Shown here one piece after another: positions 1-12,710 of a stretch of 64,000 nucleotides of DNA. This DNA comes from Vicugna vicugna. Taxonomy: Eukaryota. A program made the position numbers and the translations under genes. A model generated the notes under the pieces. That model did no database searches, was not told where the DNA came from, and saw nothing but the letters and a program-made list of their open reading frames with translations. Where the stretch lies: positions 2,383,111-2,447,110 of the forward strand of contig MU058824.1 of assembly GCA_013265495.1 (NCBI GenBank), in the 5' to 3' direction. Every line of letters starts with the position of its first letter. Position 1 is the stretch's first letter.

Positions 1-519
1 GTCAGAGGTTCTGTGAATTTGGAACAGAAAATTTCATACTTTCGTAACCCCTCACTAAATGCAGCACTTCCTTCGATTGTGAATGTAAGCAGCAGATCAG
101 TAGTAGTAGATGTACCTGAGAGTGTGTGGACCACAGAAGCCGAATGTAGGCGTGGGATCATCTATATTTAGGCCTGTTGTTTCCCAGCTCAAAAGGGATG
201 ATCTAAAGGAAAAAGACCATTGAATATGGGGTGGTTGACCAGCTTCAGCTAGTTAATGAAAGAAATGTTACTACCTGTTTTCTAAATGGGAAAAAGAAAA
301 ATGGATCAGTGAGTGCTGCAATCAGGAAGACAATTCCCAGAAGAAAAAAGTGGGGGTAGGGGAACCTTGTCTGTTAGAAGACAGGAGATTCAGACTGTTT
401 AGAAACCTTCCCAGGCCCAACAGGTTACATCAAATGCTGATGAGCTAAGAGTTACATTTAGGAAGTGGAGAAGCGCCTGTCTACACGAGCACGGGTACGT
501 GTGAGCATGTGTGCACTAG

Positions 520-840
<321 letters not shown>

Positions 841-1339
841 GTGAGTGTCCCCATCAGCGTTTCCCCAGGCCTTCTCAGAGCTAGGTTTGGGATAGCCACC
901 TACTGGAGAATAGCAGGGCTGCAGGAGCAGAGAAACAGAACTTTAGTGCTGCCAGTGCCACCATGGCCAGCTGGTCTCCATGCTGGCCACCTGTCCTTCA
1001 GAGGAGGAGGGAAAGGGGAGTTGGGTGCTGACCTCTTACCTGAGACTCAGAAGATGCTCGAGCACAGAAAAGGGAGCTGTGTGGGATCCCAGAGCTGCTG
1101 AGGGAGAGCGCCTTGAGCGTGGTAACCAGGTTGTGCCTTCTCCGTGCCAAGCAGCAGGGCTGGTGGGAGTCTTTTTTCTTTTTTCTCTTTTTTAATTAGC
1201 AAACCTGTCGGTTCTGATGGCAAAAATGTGAAAGCTGTGACCCTGGAAGTGGACTAACTCCTCAGAACCAGGTGACTTAGGTCAGTCCGTCACCCACCCG
1301 TACCCTCCTCTCTTCTCTGCCTGTCTCAGAGCACTAGGC

Positions 1340-1812
1340 CAGGACCTGCAGACTATGGCATTTGGCACAGCTCCTTTTGTAAATAAAAGTTTTATTGGAA
1401 GAGCCACACCCATTCATTTACACAAGACCTATGGCAGGATTAAGTATTCACACAAGAGGCGTTATGGCCTGCAAGGCCTGCAGTATTACAGGTATACCTC
1501 AGAGAGGATGTGGGTCCAATGCCAGACCACAGTGGTGAAGGGGAGTCACAGGAATTTTTCGGTTTCCTAGTGCATACAGAAGTTATGCATACATTTTACT
1601 GTAGCCTATTAAGTGTGCGGTAGCATTACATCTAAAAAAATGTACATAATCTAATTAAAATTTTTTATTGCTAAAAAATGCTACCATCTGACAAAGAAGG
1701 GTTGCAACAAACCTTCAATTTGTAAAAACTGCAGTATCTTCAAAGTGCAATAAAACAAGGTATGTCTGTATTCTCTGGCCCTTTACAGAAAAAACTTACT
1801 ACCTCTGGTCTA
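1340..1812. mobile_element. MER58A-like hAT-Charlie element interrupted by a Tigger MITE
   Basis: ttttgtaaataaaagttttattggaa...cacccattcatttac, and after the insert tctggccctttacagaaaaa; both resemble the MER58A consensus. Confidence 0.7.
1489..1768. mobile_element. Tigger1-derived MITE (Tigger1a-like)
   Basis: Terminal inverted repeats CAGGTATACCT / AGGTATGTCTG, TA duplications at 1487-1488 and 1769-1770, Tigger1-end sequence inside. Confidence 0.85.
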
Positions 1813-2152
1813 GATCAACAGCTCATCTGATGGAGGAGATAGTCTTAAAGATGTGGCCCCGCCTTCATTTTTGTTGATTTGGTTTCTGTGAGCAATTTCC
1901 CCATAGTAGCTTCTGCTTCAGCACCCACACTCAGGCTCTTAAGTGTTCTCTTTGAGAGAGTCACATTAGCTTGGTGACACTGACATTTGGATAGTAGCTT
2001 TTAGATGAACACCTCAGGATACCAGACATTCTGTGGGAGGTTATTCAGCACTGTCGTGGTCGTTCCCCAGCCTTCTGGCCAAAATGTCAGGCCCAGGTCC
2101 CTGTCTCACAAGTCCCAAGAAACACGTGCACAGCCGTTCATAGACCAACAGA

Positions 2153-2158
2153 TTTAAT
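2153..2158 (-). terminator. TMOD1: Candidate distal TMOD1 poly(A) signal ATTAAA
   Basis: tttaat on the plus strand, about 1.53 kb after the stop; followed on the minus strand by GU-rich sequence (ctgtgcacgtgtttcttggg). Confidence 0.6.
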
Positions 2159-3143
2159 ATTATACTGCAGTTTCCAGTGATGCAGAATACAGCTGCAATT
2201 GTGTTTCAAGGAGAAGCCGAGTGGGGCTGGCCATCCCTGCAGCACGGAGCCACTCCCGGGCCCGTCTGCAGCCTCAGTAGACACTCCTTCGTGGTGGTGA
2301 GGCCCTGGCTCCACCTCTGGTTACCCTGTACTGTCCACATCATTACAGTTCAGTGTACAAGACTTTTCCTTTTTCTTTAAAAGCCTCTCTCTCTGCTCTG
2401 TGCTCTGCAGCTTAGTCTGTGATCATCAGCTCTTTGGCCTGTCCTTTATCATAAGATTTGCTGAATCACTCATGAAAATAACTCCCCACGCAACAGAAAT
2501 ACTACTTTAACTGGCACTGTGGTATATTAAAAGGCACAAGGGCATTGTGGCTTAACATTTTTGCTGGATCCTAAGAGATGCAAATGATGTTAAAAAGGGA
2601 TCCGGCAGAAATGCCAAAATTACATTTTCAGAATAATCATCTTAGGATGTTTTGGCCAGGTTTCCTAATTCTTAAATATCTAGATTTTCTTCACCATTGG
2701 CCTTTAGAGGCTTAATTTACAGGCATGAGATTAGCGGTGACTTGTCTAAGAAGCGATGCAACAGGTAGTTGGCGTCTGTAAGCGTAAGCCATGATGTACT
2801 ATAAAGCTGTCTTTCGTGTTTGCTTCATATAAGGCATCGGCCCACTGTACAATAGAGAAAGGTGTTTTCAAGTATTTGGCCATAGGTTGTCACATCCATC
2901 ATAAGGTTGGCATTTGATAAAGAAAACATTCTTTCTGACTCCAGTATTAATTGTAAATTAATCCCAGATGTTCATAAAGAACACTCAAGGAAATGTTTGT
3001 TGCCTGGAGTTGGTTTAAAAAAAAAAAAGGATCAGTTTTTAAAGTTTAAAATCTCACCAGTGGCTTTTTCTGTTATTTCCTCATATCCAGCATAAGGAAT
3101 CTCATATGTTTTTTGATTCCTGGGAGGGCTCGTGGCTTCAGTC

Positions 3144-3149
3144 TTTATT
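3144..3149 (-). terminator. TMOD1: Candidate proximal TMOD1 poly(A) signal AATAAA
   Basis: tttatt on the plus strand, about 540 nt after the stop codon. Confidence 0.5.
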
Positions 3150-3234
3150 TCTTGAGGGAAAAAAATTGCATTCTTGATCCGGTAATCAATTTGGCAACTT
3201 TAATCTTGAGGTTCTTAAAATTTAAAGGAGGGTT

Positions 3235-3292
3235 AATAAAGAATGATGATCTGTTGTGTTTGCTAAAGAGCTAAGATCAAACTTGTAATAAA
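3235..3292 (+). terminator. TSTD2: Candidate TSTD2 poly(A) signals (AATAAA at 3235-3240 and 3287-3292)
   Basis: Two canonical hexamers in non-repeat sequence, with GU-rich ctgtttgttcatgtgtt downstream at about 3331. Confidence 0.45.
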
Positions 3293-3685
3293 ATATTTTA
3301 TAAGGCTTTCAAACCACGTGGAAGAGGGTGCTGTTTGTTCATGTGTTACACCTGAAATACCACACAGCAAGGCCGCCGGAACTGGGCTCCTGGGGCTAAG
3401 TCACTGCTGCTCTAACATCGTCTTCGGTAAGATCTGCTGGTTTGGGGGCTTCTTAGTTTTTAAATAACAACCAGACTGAACTTCTGTGACTAAAGAAAAA
3501 CTTCACATTAACCACAGTTTATAAAAATTTCAACTGCAATCACTAGTTAACCTAAAACCTTAGTGCATAAAGAACTGAACCACAACAGTTTTTGTGCCGG
3601 CGTTCTGCCTTCCGGTTTCCACTGCAGAGCACAGCTTATCAGTAGAACACGTCCAGTTCAAAGGCGTGGTTGGCATGCGCACACA

Positions 3686-3750
3686 CTAGACGCCACTCCG
3701 GCACTTGGGAATGATGGGCCCGGTCAAGTCGGCCAGCCTCCTCTTCCTCA
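3686..3750 (-). CDS. TMOD1: Tropomodulin-1 last exon, coding part (65 nt incl. TAG)
   Basis: cctttccag|(V)RKRRLADLTGPIIPKCRSGV*. Exon lengths sum to 1080 nt = 359 aa + stop, the known TMOD1 length. Confidence 0.98.
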
Positions 3751-6700
3751 CTGGAAAGGAATGGAGATGACTCGTGAGCCGGCTCTCCCTGTGCACCAGG
3801 AGCCACCAGTGTGACTGAGCACTGGGAAGCTTCTCCCCAACTTTGTTAGCGAAGTCTGAAATCTTGTTTTTAAAGGACAGTTTGCGATCGTTCACTGAGG
3901 AGGGTCTGTAGTGGTGTGGATTTGTTCATAAATCATGTCTAAACCGCTGGCCACACAGGTATAATAAGACCCACTTTATCCAACTCCGCTGTTTTCCTTT
4001 GTGTAGAGAGGCCCTGGAGTTGAAGATCCTTATTCTGGTTCATATAAGAGTTAAGTTCAGCCGATTTAATGAGACTAAGGTCTTAACCTGTTAGGAACAT
4101 TTCCCGCAGCTCTTTCTCAGAGCTCCTGGCCTGCCTGTGTAAACAACAGAGTCCCCCCTGAAGATGACCCTGCATTATCTGCGTCCCCTTATGGTTAACC
4201 TATGGTTTCCCCAGGGGCAAGACAATATAAGTTCAAACACTGTTCATATAACAAAGTTGAATGTCGTAAAGAGGAAAGCATTAGGCAGAGGGTTGCAGGC
4301 TGGGGTCATTAGCTTACAGGATGGCTGGGGATGGTTGGCGGGAAGCATTGGGCAGGGGTAGGGGTGGGGGTGTCCCCTTTGTTGTAATAAGGGAGAGGGT
4401 TGAAAACAAAATAGTGTCTGAAGATGAAAACCAGGCAGCAAGCTAGATCAGCTACAGAGAAAGTTCATTCAGACAGCCTGTAGGTGGCAGTCAAGGGGGC
4501 TGCTGGTGTGGCTGAGACAGGAAGCTACTGTGAGAGGAAGAAAGTCTGTCTATACTTAGATGCCTTCCAGTTCTCGAGATGAGCAGGTAGACCTCAGATT
4601 CATGCTTATGAGCTACAACAAGAACCGAATGGACTTGTCTGTGACACTGAGCATACACAGCAGAACCGCCAGGAAGGTGCATTACTCCGGTTGTGGCGAA
4701 GAGCTGGCGGGGAGGGACGCAGGGTACATGGGCAGCCCAGTCTGGGGCTTAGAGTTCAGCCTTTGGCTGAGCACCTCCCCTTCCCCTCCACCCACCTCAA
4801 AAGAATAATTAATGCAAACCAGTGGGCAGTCTCCTGGAAAGAAGATTCCTGGAGACCATTAGAATGTCCAACAGCTTGAGAGAAGATGTGGGGGAACAAA
4901 ACCCAAAGCCCAGAGAGCAGAAGAGGTTTGCCTGAAGCAACCAGAGGGTTTACATGAGCCAGGCTTCAAAGCATCTCCACATTAGCTGTGCAGCATTAAT
5001 AAACTCCATTTACACCCAACCCCTCACTGGAGCCGCTCCAGCAGTTCTGGACTCAGTGTTGCTGTTTCCATGTTGTGGATGAGGAAAGTATGGCAGGGAG
5101 GGTCCATTTCTTGCTCAAAGCAATACAGCTGGTACCAGATGGAACCAAGGCTTGTGACTCATCTTGAGCCTCGGTCCAGCGCCTGCCTCAGTACAATCCA
5201 CCCCTGCCTATGTAGGCCTCCCATATCCACATCGCATCTGGTTCTTACAAGATTAGCTCCTTTTCCCTGGAGAAGAGAAGGGAGCCAGGGTCCCTGAGAG
5301 CGAGCAGCAGAGGCAGGACTGGAACCCGAGACCCCAGCATGTGGCTCGAGGTACAGAAAGGGATCCCGTGGTTTTCTCCCCTACATGCCCTCATTATGTA
5401 CGTGGGGCTGCATCTGTCCAGGGTCTCCCCCGTGCCACTGGCTTTTACAGAGACTGCATGGGGAGAAGGGAAAGTCATCCACTTAACTCAGGCACTAATT
5501 TTCCCCATTTTAATAATGAAGGAAATTGAGGCTGAGAGAGGGAAGTAACTTGTCTTAAGTCACAGTGAATAAAGAAATGGGAGCAGAACCCAGGTCTCCC
5601 AATATCCTCCTCCAAGTCCAACCTGCTTTTTACTTTCAGTCAAACTCGGCCGTGTTGCTTACTGCAACTACCACAGACTGGTTTCTTGTCAGAGCCGGAA
5701 GGAATCTTGCGTCACCTGGACCAACCTCCATCCTCCTTGAGCAACCTCCACCACTTCCCGCCAAGCTTTACACCTCCATTCTGTTTCTGGGGAGCATTTT
5801 ATATTCCTTTATATTCAACAGCATTTACTGAGTGCTACGATGTGCCAAGGATCAGAAATAAACAACACAGCTTAACAGGAGACCAAGATACACCTACATG
5901 AAGTTTGATAAAATATCCCAAGTACCCTGGTCAATCTCTATCAAGCATGAGAGGCACACTGACTGGTCAGATCTTCTGGGGATGGCAGGTGACGTGTTGG
6001 CTGAATCTTAAATGATAAAGGGCTGGATGGTGGGAAAGTACTGAGAACATCAGGAGGCCCCTGAAGGGAGGGTTTTGCCTGTGTCACTAGGAAGCACTCA
6101 AGCTACCTGGACCAGTTGGTACTAATATGGCAAGAAGATGGCTTGTCGGGGTGTCAAGAGATGAGTTTGACAGGGCCTTGCCCAGAGAGGAGGAGGACAG
6201 CACAGTTTCCGGGACCAGGCTGCTGGTTCCAGTCCCACTCTGCCCACTGACAGTGGGTAACCTTACCTACTTCTCAAGGCCTCTGTTTCCTTCCTGTAGA
6301 ATGAGGATAATAATGGCACCTGCCTCACCCAGTCGCTGGGAACATCACAGGAGTTCAGCTGAAGTGTTTAGCGCAGTGCCTGGCACACAGGAAGCACCGT
6401 GCAAGTATCCGCTATGATTACTAAGGAACTGATAAGCCATGTCAAGGAGTCTCACCTGACAGCAGTGGGAACACAGAAAGGGTTCTAAGCAGAGTGGTGA
6501 GGCAAGCTTTGGGTTGAGCGCTGTGAGAGATGCCCGCCCTGGAGGAGCTGGAGGACACTGGGTGTTGCAGGACACCAGGTGAACGGGCTGAGGGCTGGGC
6601 AAGAGGCAGGGCAAGGCAGATGGTGAGGAGGTGGCTGGCTGGGCTGGGGGCAGCGCATAGACAGAGGTGAAGATTTGAAGGTCGGCCTGAATGACCATGA

Positions 6701-6988
6701 GGAAAGTAGTGCCCTTTCCCAAGACGGTGTTCAGGGGAGATGATGACACTGATGTAGGGCGTGTGTGCTGTGTCTGGGGTGCCTGTTAGAAAGCTCTACT
6801 CTGAGAACGTAGTAAAAGAGTGACTTTCCCAGGATGGGATGTCTTCTGCTTTTAAACAGGTTCCTGCCTCCTCTCCCCACCCCAACACAGAGCACTGTCT
6901 CAACCTGGAGGCAGCCATTCAGATTTCATTAAGTGGAGGGAGCTTCGGTGGCAGGTTTACAGGACCCGAGCACCAGCCTGGCTCTCAG

Positions 6989-6998
6989 CTATAAATAG
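6989..6998. promoter_or_regulatory. Consensus MEF2 site CTATAAATAG in TMOD1 intron 9
   Basis: Exact match to CTA(A/T)4TAG, with E-boxes nearby; function not shown. Confidence 0.4.
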
Positions 6999-9900
6999 TG
7001 TGGAAACAGGAGCCATCTGAGGTATACCTGTGGGAAAACAGAGGTGGGGATCCTCGTCTCCTCCCTGACACCCCCTCACCCCCACAGAACTCTGTTAAGA
7101 GCCCAGTGCACAGGGTGGAAAGGACCAAAGACGCACCTGTCAGGATGGCCCTGGGCAGGCCGTCTGTCTGCAGAGGCACTAGCTGACCCCCAGCCTTGAA
7201 AACTAAATGTCTCCCAAGGAGGAGCCCACCTGCCTCGCAGGCAGGCAAAGCCCAGGCACCAGCACAGAGGCGGGCTGGAGTGAGGAGGAAACCAGGGAAG
7301 CCTGTTCTGCTCCGCACAGAGCTTGCTCCCTGCTGCTGGGCTGCAGCAGCGGTCACTGGAACAACCCTGGAGGCTGGGCAGGGGCTGGCAGGCGGCTTTT
7401 GTGACAAACATACTCAGCTGGGAAACATGGAAACCTGCCTGCTTTATCAGAGCATCAGGGGCAGAGTGAAAATATGGTGCTGGGGTAAAAAGTCAGGATT
7501 TCTCTTTTGCAGGAGGACGCTGAAGCGCTATCAGAATCAGAAGCGTTTCTGTCACAAAAATTAGCAGGTGGGCACAAATTTGCTTTTAAAGCTAGAAATC
7601 CTACTTCAACTAGTACTCTGGATGTTGTATGCAGTCACTTAGATGGTTCTGCTCTAATTTCTTCTGTGGGAAACCCCAAGAGAACAGCTGCACCGTTCCC
7701 TGGGGGTAACCCAGAGGCCCATTTTTATCACCTGTCATTCTTGTCCAGGAAACTGCCATGGTCCCACTTCCCACCTGCTTTCATCACCAAACTCCTTGGC
7801 ATTTAAAAAGCCTCTGGCTCACAGCCTCCCACACCTACCCAGCCCCACTCCCGTGGGCGCCCACATGCCTGCCCATCATCCTGCCTTTACCCACGCTGTC
7901 CCTGCTGCTGGAATGCCCTCCCTCCCTTCTCTGTGAGCTCCTGTTTTTCCTCCCAGCTCTAACTCCGTGTAATAGTTCCTCAGTCCTTTTGGATCTTTGT
8001 CTCTTCTATCCCGCATACTAGATCCTACCACCTTGCCTTTGCCCATGCCAGAACCCCCACCAGGAATGCCCTCTGACCTTCTGCACAACCTATCTCTTCC
8101 TTTCAAGGCTGATTCAGGGCCCACCCACACCAGGATGCTTGGCTTAACCGGTCTCCGTCCTCACAGATCATTTCCTCCCTTTGATACAGTTTGTAGGCAT
8201 TCTTGAATTTGAGGGCACATCTTTGAGTCTTTTCTCCCCTAAAAGGCTGTAAGTTTCTTGAGTCAGGGAGCTAGCTTTCTGCTACCCTTACGTCACTTCG
8301 CACAGTCCGGGGTGCACAAAAGATGCTCCCAAAGTGCTCAATGTAACTAACAATGGGTGTGACTTGACTGAGCCACCGTCTGGAAAGGCAGTCCCTCCCA
8401 GGCCTCAGCTCCTCCATAACAGAACGGGAGTGAGAAGCCCGGTGCCCCGTCCAGCTCTGGCACGCCGGGCTCCTGCTTAACCTTAGCAAGTCCCTGGTGA
8501 TAAGAAGTGGGCTGGATTTTGGAATCACAGACTCTCAGGACAGAGTCCTCAAGGACCATTTCATGTAGCCTCCAGCTGGTCCTGGTGTCCCCTACAACAC
8601 CCCTGATTTCTAGTCATCTGGAAACTTCTGTCCCTAGAAAGAAGTCCTCCAAACCATCTTGCCACTGGGAGACCAAAGCTGGATTAGCCCTGAGGGACTC
8701 AAAAGAAACTTAATCTAAACTAGGAGAAGAAACAAAAAAAGTGAGGTTACTGGGTATCAGAATAGAACTCCACGCTTTTAAGTGCTGGTTCTGCAGCCAG
8801 ATCACAGCAGGGCTGAGAGTCTAGATTGTGGGGCTCACTCAGCAATTCAGTGTGGCTATCACCTCTGTTACACAGAAATAATTCTTATTTGTTTGTGTTT
8901 ACTCTTGTTTTATTTCAAATAAGGACACTTCAGATAAACCAGGACACCTGGTGTGGCTTGTTGTTGTCGTTTGCTTGATGGATGGACTTTTTGGACCAGC
9001 AGCTCTAGAAAAAAGTGGCACTTGGAGGAAGCAGTGAGTGAGCAGCCTCTGGGCTATGATTCCTTAAGAGCAGGAACCTATACTTGCAACCCAGGGCCCT
9101 CCAGGACTTTGACAGATGTCTGTTGAACTGAGTAACTCAATCTAAAGCGTGTGTGTGCACGTGTAGCTCTGCAGTTAACCACACAGAGGTTCTGAGAGTA
9201 AATGCCTTGTGCACACACACCAACACACCCATCCCTGTTCTTCTAGGCTTTCCTAGAAGAATGAGGATTCACCTGGCCTCAGATTCATCACCAGGAAGTG
9301 ACATACTTGAACCCTGAGATGTGCTTTAGTATTAAGCTCCTTGCATTTTACTGAGTGTTACAAACAAACAAAAAACACATTTAGAGCAGGTTTGAATTTG
9401 ATGAAAAACTCACTGAAGACACTGTCCTTTGGAAACATAGTTATTTCATAATTCAACCCCAGAAAGAAGCTTTCTTCTTTTAAAAAAAAACCATTATGCT
9501 TCCTTCTCTTCTAAGAATAACGTAAACTGCTTTGTCTTCCACCCGCCTCGATTCTAGGATACTCACAGCTGAATGTAATGATCAATTAGGTTAACAGACC
9601 TACTCCTGTTTTTGTTTTTTCTCTTATTTTCCTACAACTTTATCAGACATACACCTCTTCGGACACACGTTATTTTGGCAGCCAGCAGGGATACATACAA
9701 CAAACTACCCGTGGAGCCTGGCAACCGTCGCATCTGGAAATGAGTCAGTGACTGGTCTCCCTCTTTGTTCAGCTGACTTGTATTTCTACTCAGTGTTTGC
9801 TCACAAGAAAGATTATGACATTTTCTTTCGTTTTTTAAAGAAAAAATACAAACTATGCCTTTAACTGATATTAAATCAGTTGTAACCTGTGTTCCTTTAC

Positions 9901-10380
9901 TATGAAGTCAACATTTCCAACCTCCTTTTTAAAAGCAACCTGAAGTCTCCCAGGCTTGGGGTGTGGATGGGAGGACTGGTTGGTGGATTTGGGGTCTGGG
10001 TCTAGAGCCAGGCTATATGATCTGGAGAGGACTCCGGGCTCCCAAAAGAGGGTTCAGAAGAGGAACAGACTCAAGGCTGGCTTTGTGCCCCCCATGTTTC
10101 ATTTCGCTCAGCTAACACGCTGAGGGTGCGCTCTGGGGCCAGCCCTGGGCTGGAGGAGGGCCCGGCCTCAGCGCCTGCAGGCAGGGCGCCCACGTCTAGG
10201 GAGGGGTCTGGGGAGGAGGCAAGGGGCAAACACCAAAAACAAGGATGAAAGCGAAGTGAGAACCGGGAGTCAGGCCCAACAAGAGGACTCCCTCTGGGAA
10301 GGCGGCAGTGGAATCTCCCCTGCCATACCTTCCAAGAAGATAGAACGGCCGGCAGGTGGGCAGGGGGCACATCTACTCAC

Positions 10381-10525
10381 CAAGGTCGTTGTTGTTCATC
10401 ATTGCGTTGGACGCCCGCAGCCGGGGCCCCTGCTGGGTGAAGTGGTAGCCGAATTTGAGAAGCGTTGCGTTTTTTTCCAACATGCTCACGATCTCCATTT
10501 CCACTTTGTTGCCCAGGGGCTGGCT
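10381..10525 (-). CDS. TMOD1: Tropomodulin-1 exon 9 (145 nt)
   Basis: ttcttttcttgatcaaag|[49 protein letters not shown]|gtgagt. Confidence 0.98.
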
Positions 10526-11574
10526 CTTTGATCAAGAAAAGAACAACGGTCACCTCTCCTTCGTTCGTGCAGCACCTAAACCTCCTCTACAGGCAGAAAC
10601 GCCGAGTGGTGGGCGGGGATTTTAACACCTCCCCGCCCCGCCCACTCAGAGCGCAGGGAATTGGAAGTTTGGAGAAGGTGAAGGGTCACACAGCCAGGAG
10701 CAGCGAACGAGCTGGGATTCAAACCCAGGGCCGCTGGACTCCAAGGACAGATCTTCCCACTGTCCCACAGCCGCCTTCCTAGAATGCTTGAGCAGGAAGG
10801 ACTTTCACATCATCTGGTCTCAAGGAGATTTAAAAATCCTTCCACCCAGTCTAACCCCCATGCTAATTAAATCAGAATTGCTGGTTGCTGTCCTCAGGTG
10901 TCTGTGGTTTTGAAAACTCCCCAGGTGATTCCAATACACAGCCAGGTTTGCTCACCAGTCATTCTGACTCATTTCTATAAATGAAGAAACGGAGGCCCAG
11001 AGAGGAAAGAGGATGTGCCCAAGGTCACACAGTAACTAGGGACTGCCAGAGTTAGCCTCCTAAAGCCTCACTCTGATCATGTTAGTGCCCTGTGGCCAGT
11101 TCTACAGTGATCATCTGACAGAGGTGGAAAGAAAGGAAAGGAAGACGTGAGCATACACCATGTTGGGAAGGATATGATGAGGACATTCATCAGTCTCGTT
11201 TATAATCGAGGGAATAAAAGGGAAACAAACGTTCAGCAAGAGGGAGTTGCTCAAATAAATGATGGTTCAGCTTTACAGTAGAACACAAGCAGCTGTACAA
11301 TGATGATGCGAATCTTTGGTCCCAGGCCTGGAAAGATGGCCATGAAACCATATTGAGTAGACAAAGCCTAGCAACAAAAGGGGTCATATTTATGTAAAGT
11401 TACCTACACTTCCCATACACATACACATACACATGCACTGGAAAGGCCTGGGAGCACACTGGTGGTGGTGGGATTTTGTTTTCATCTTTATATCTTATTG
11501 TATTGAGTTTCCTGTTACCATGTCTAATAAGATAAACAAATAAACATAATCTTAAAGAGGTTTGAAAAGACATA

Positions 11575-12110
11575 GAAGGCAGGCTAACATCATACTTAAT
11601 GATTAAAGAACTTCTCCCCACCCAGAGCAGGAACAAGACAAGGGTGTTCACTTTCACCAACATTGCCGTGGAGGTCGTAGCCAGGACGATTAAACAAAGA
11701 AGAGAAATAAAAGGCATCCATATTGGAAAGGAAGAAGAAAAACTATTTCTACTTGCAGATGACACAATGCTGTATCTCAAAAATCCTAAGGAGTCCACGG
11801 AAAACTATTAGAGCTAATAAACGAGTTCAGCGAGGTCGCAGAGTACAAGATCAATATCCAAAACCCAGCTGTGTTTCTATGCGCTAGCAATGAGCAGCCC
11901 AAAAATGAAATTAAGACAATTCCATTTACAATAACATAAAAATACTTAGGAATAAATTTAATAAAAGAATTAAAGACTTACACTCTGAAAACTATAAAAT
12001 AGCATTGTACATTAAAGAAGATTTGAATAAATGTAAAAACATCCCATGTTTTTGGATCAGAAGTCTTAATATTGCTCAGATGGCAATACTCCCAAATGGA
12101 TCTAAAGAAG
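11575..12110 (+). mobile_element. Old L1 ORF2 (RT region) fragment
   Basis: ORF 11599..11811 contains EVVARTIKQRREIKGIHIGKEEEKLFLLADDTMLYLKNP, the L1 RT FADD region. Confidence 0.9.
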
Positions 12111-12710
12111 CAGCAAACGGAAACACACAACCACCTCCAATGACTCCCCCCTGCCAATAACTGCTGCCATCTATTGAGAGCTTACTGTGTTCCCAATGCC
12201 CTGTGCCCAACTTGTAGGGTCTCAGTTCATTCAATAACCCAACAGGATTATTGGATTAAGCCCCGCCTCCTCCTCAGCCCCACACTCAGTGCCCTGCACA
12301 GTTAAGTCCCCGCTCGCCTTTCCTCTCTCAGTCCTTACTCAGCCTGTTTACCCAAGGGATGGGGATCTGGTACCTGGTACCTGCTGCCGGCAGAGGTTTG
12401 CTTCTAAAAGTTCACGTGCCCCCCGCCTCCACGTGGAACATGCCCCTACCCTCCCGTGCCTACCTGTTGATGTGTCCTTAGTGCTTTAATACCCATCGCA
12501 AATGCCCCCTCCTCCACAAGGCCTTTCCTGATTCTTACCCCTGAAGACCATCTTTCCCCACTCAGCGCTCAAGTGATACATTGTGTGTCCCCCTCTCCTC
12601 CTGACCCAGTCCATCTGCGTTATTTGGGTCACCTGCCTCCATATCTGTCTGTCCAACAAGACCTGTGTTGGTTAGTACAGCAGCCACTAGCCACATGTGG
12701 CTCTTTAAAG

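Noticed and set aside
1..140. Possible MER115-like fragment or upstream TSTD2 exon
   Set aside because: No exon-like reading frame; the repeat similarity is too weak to call by eye
11400..11798. 132-aa minus-strand ORF with hydrophobic stretch
   Set aside because: Antisense reading of an L1 ORF2 fragment
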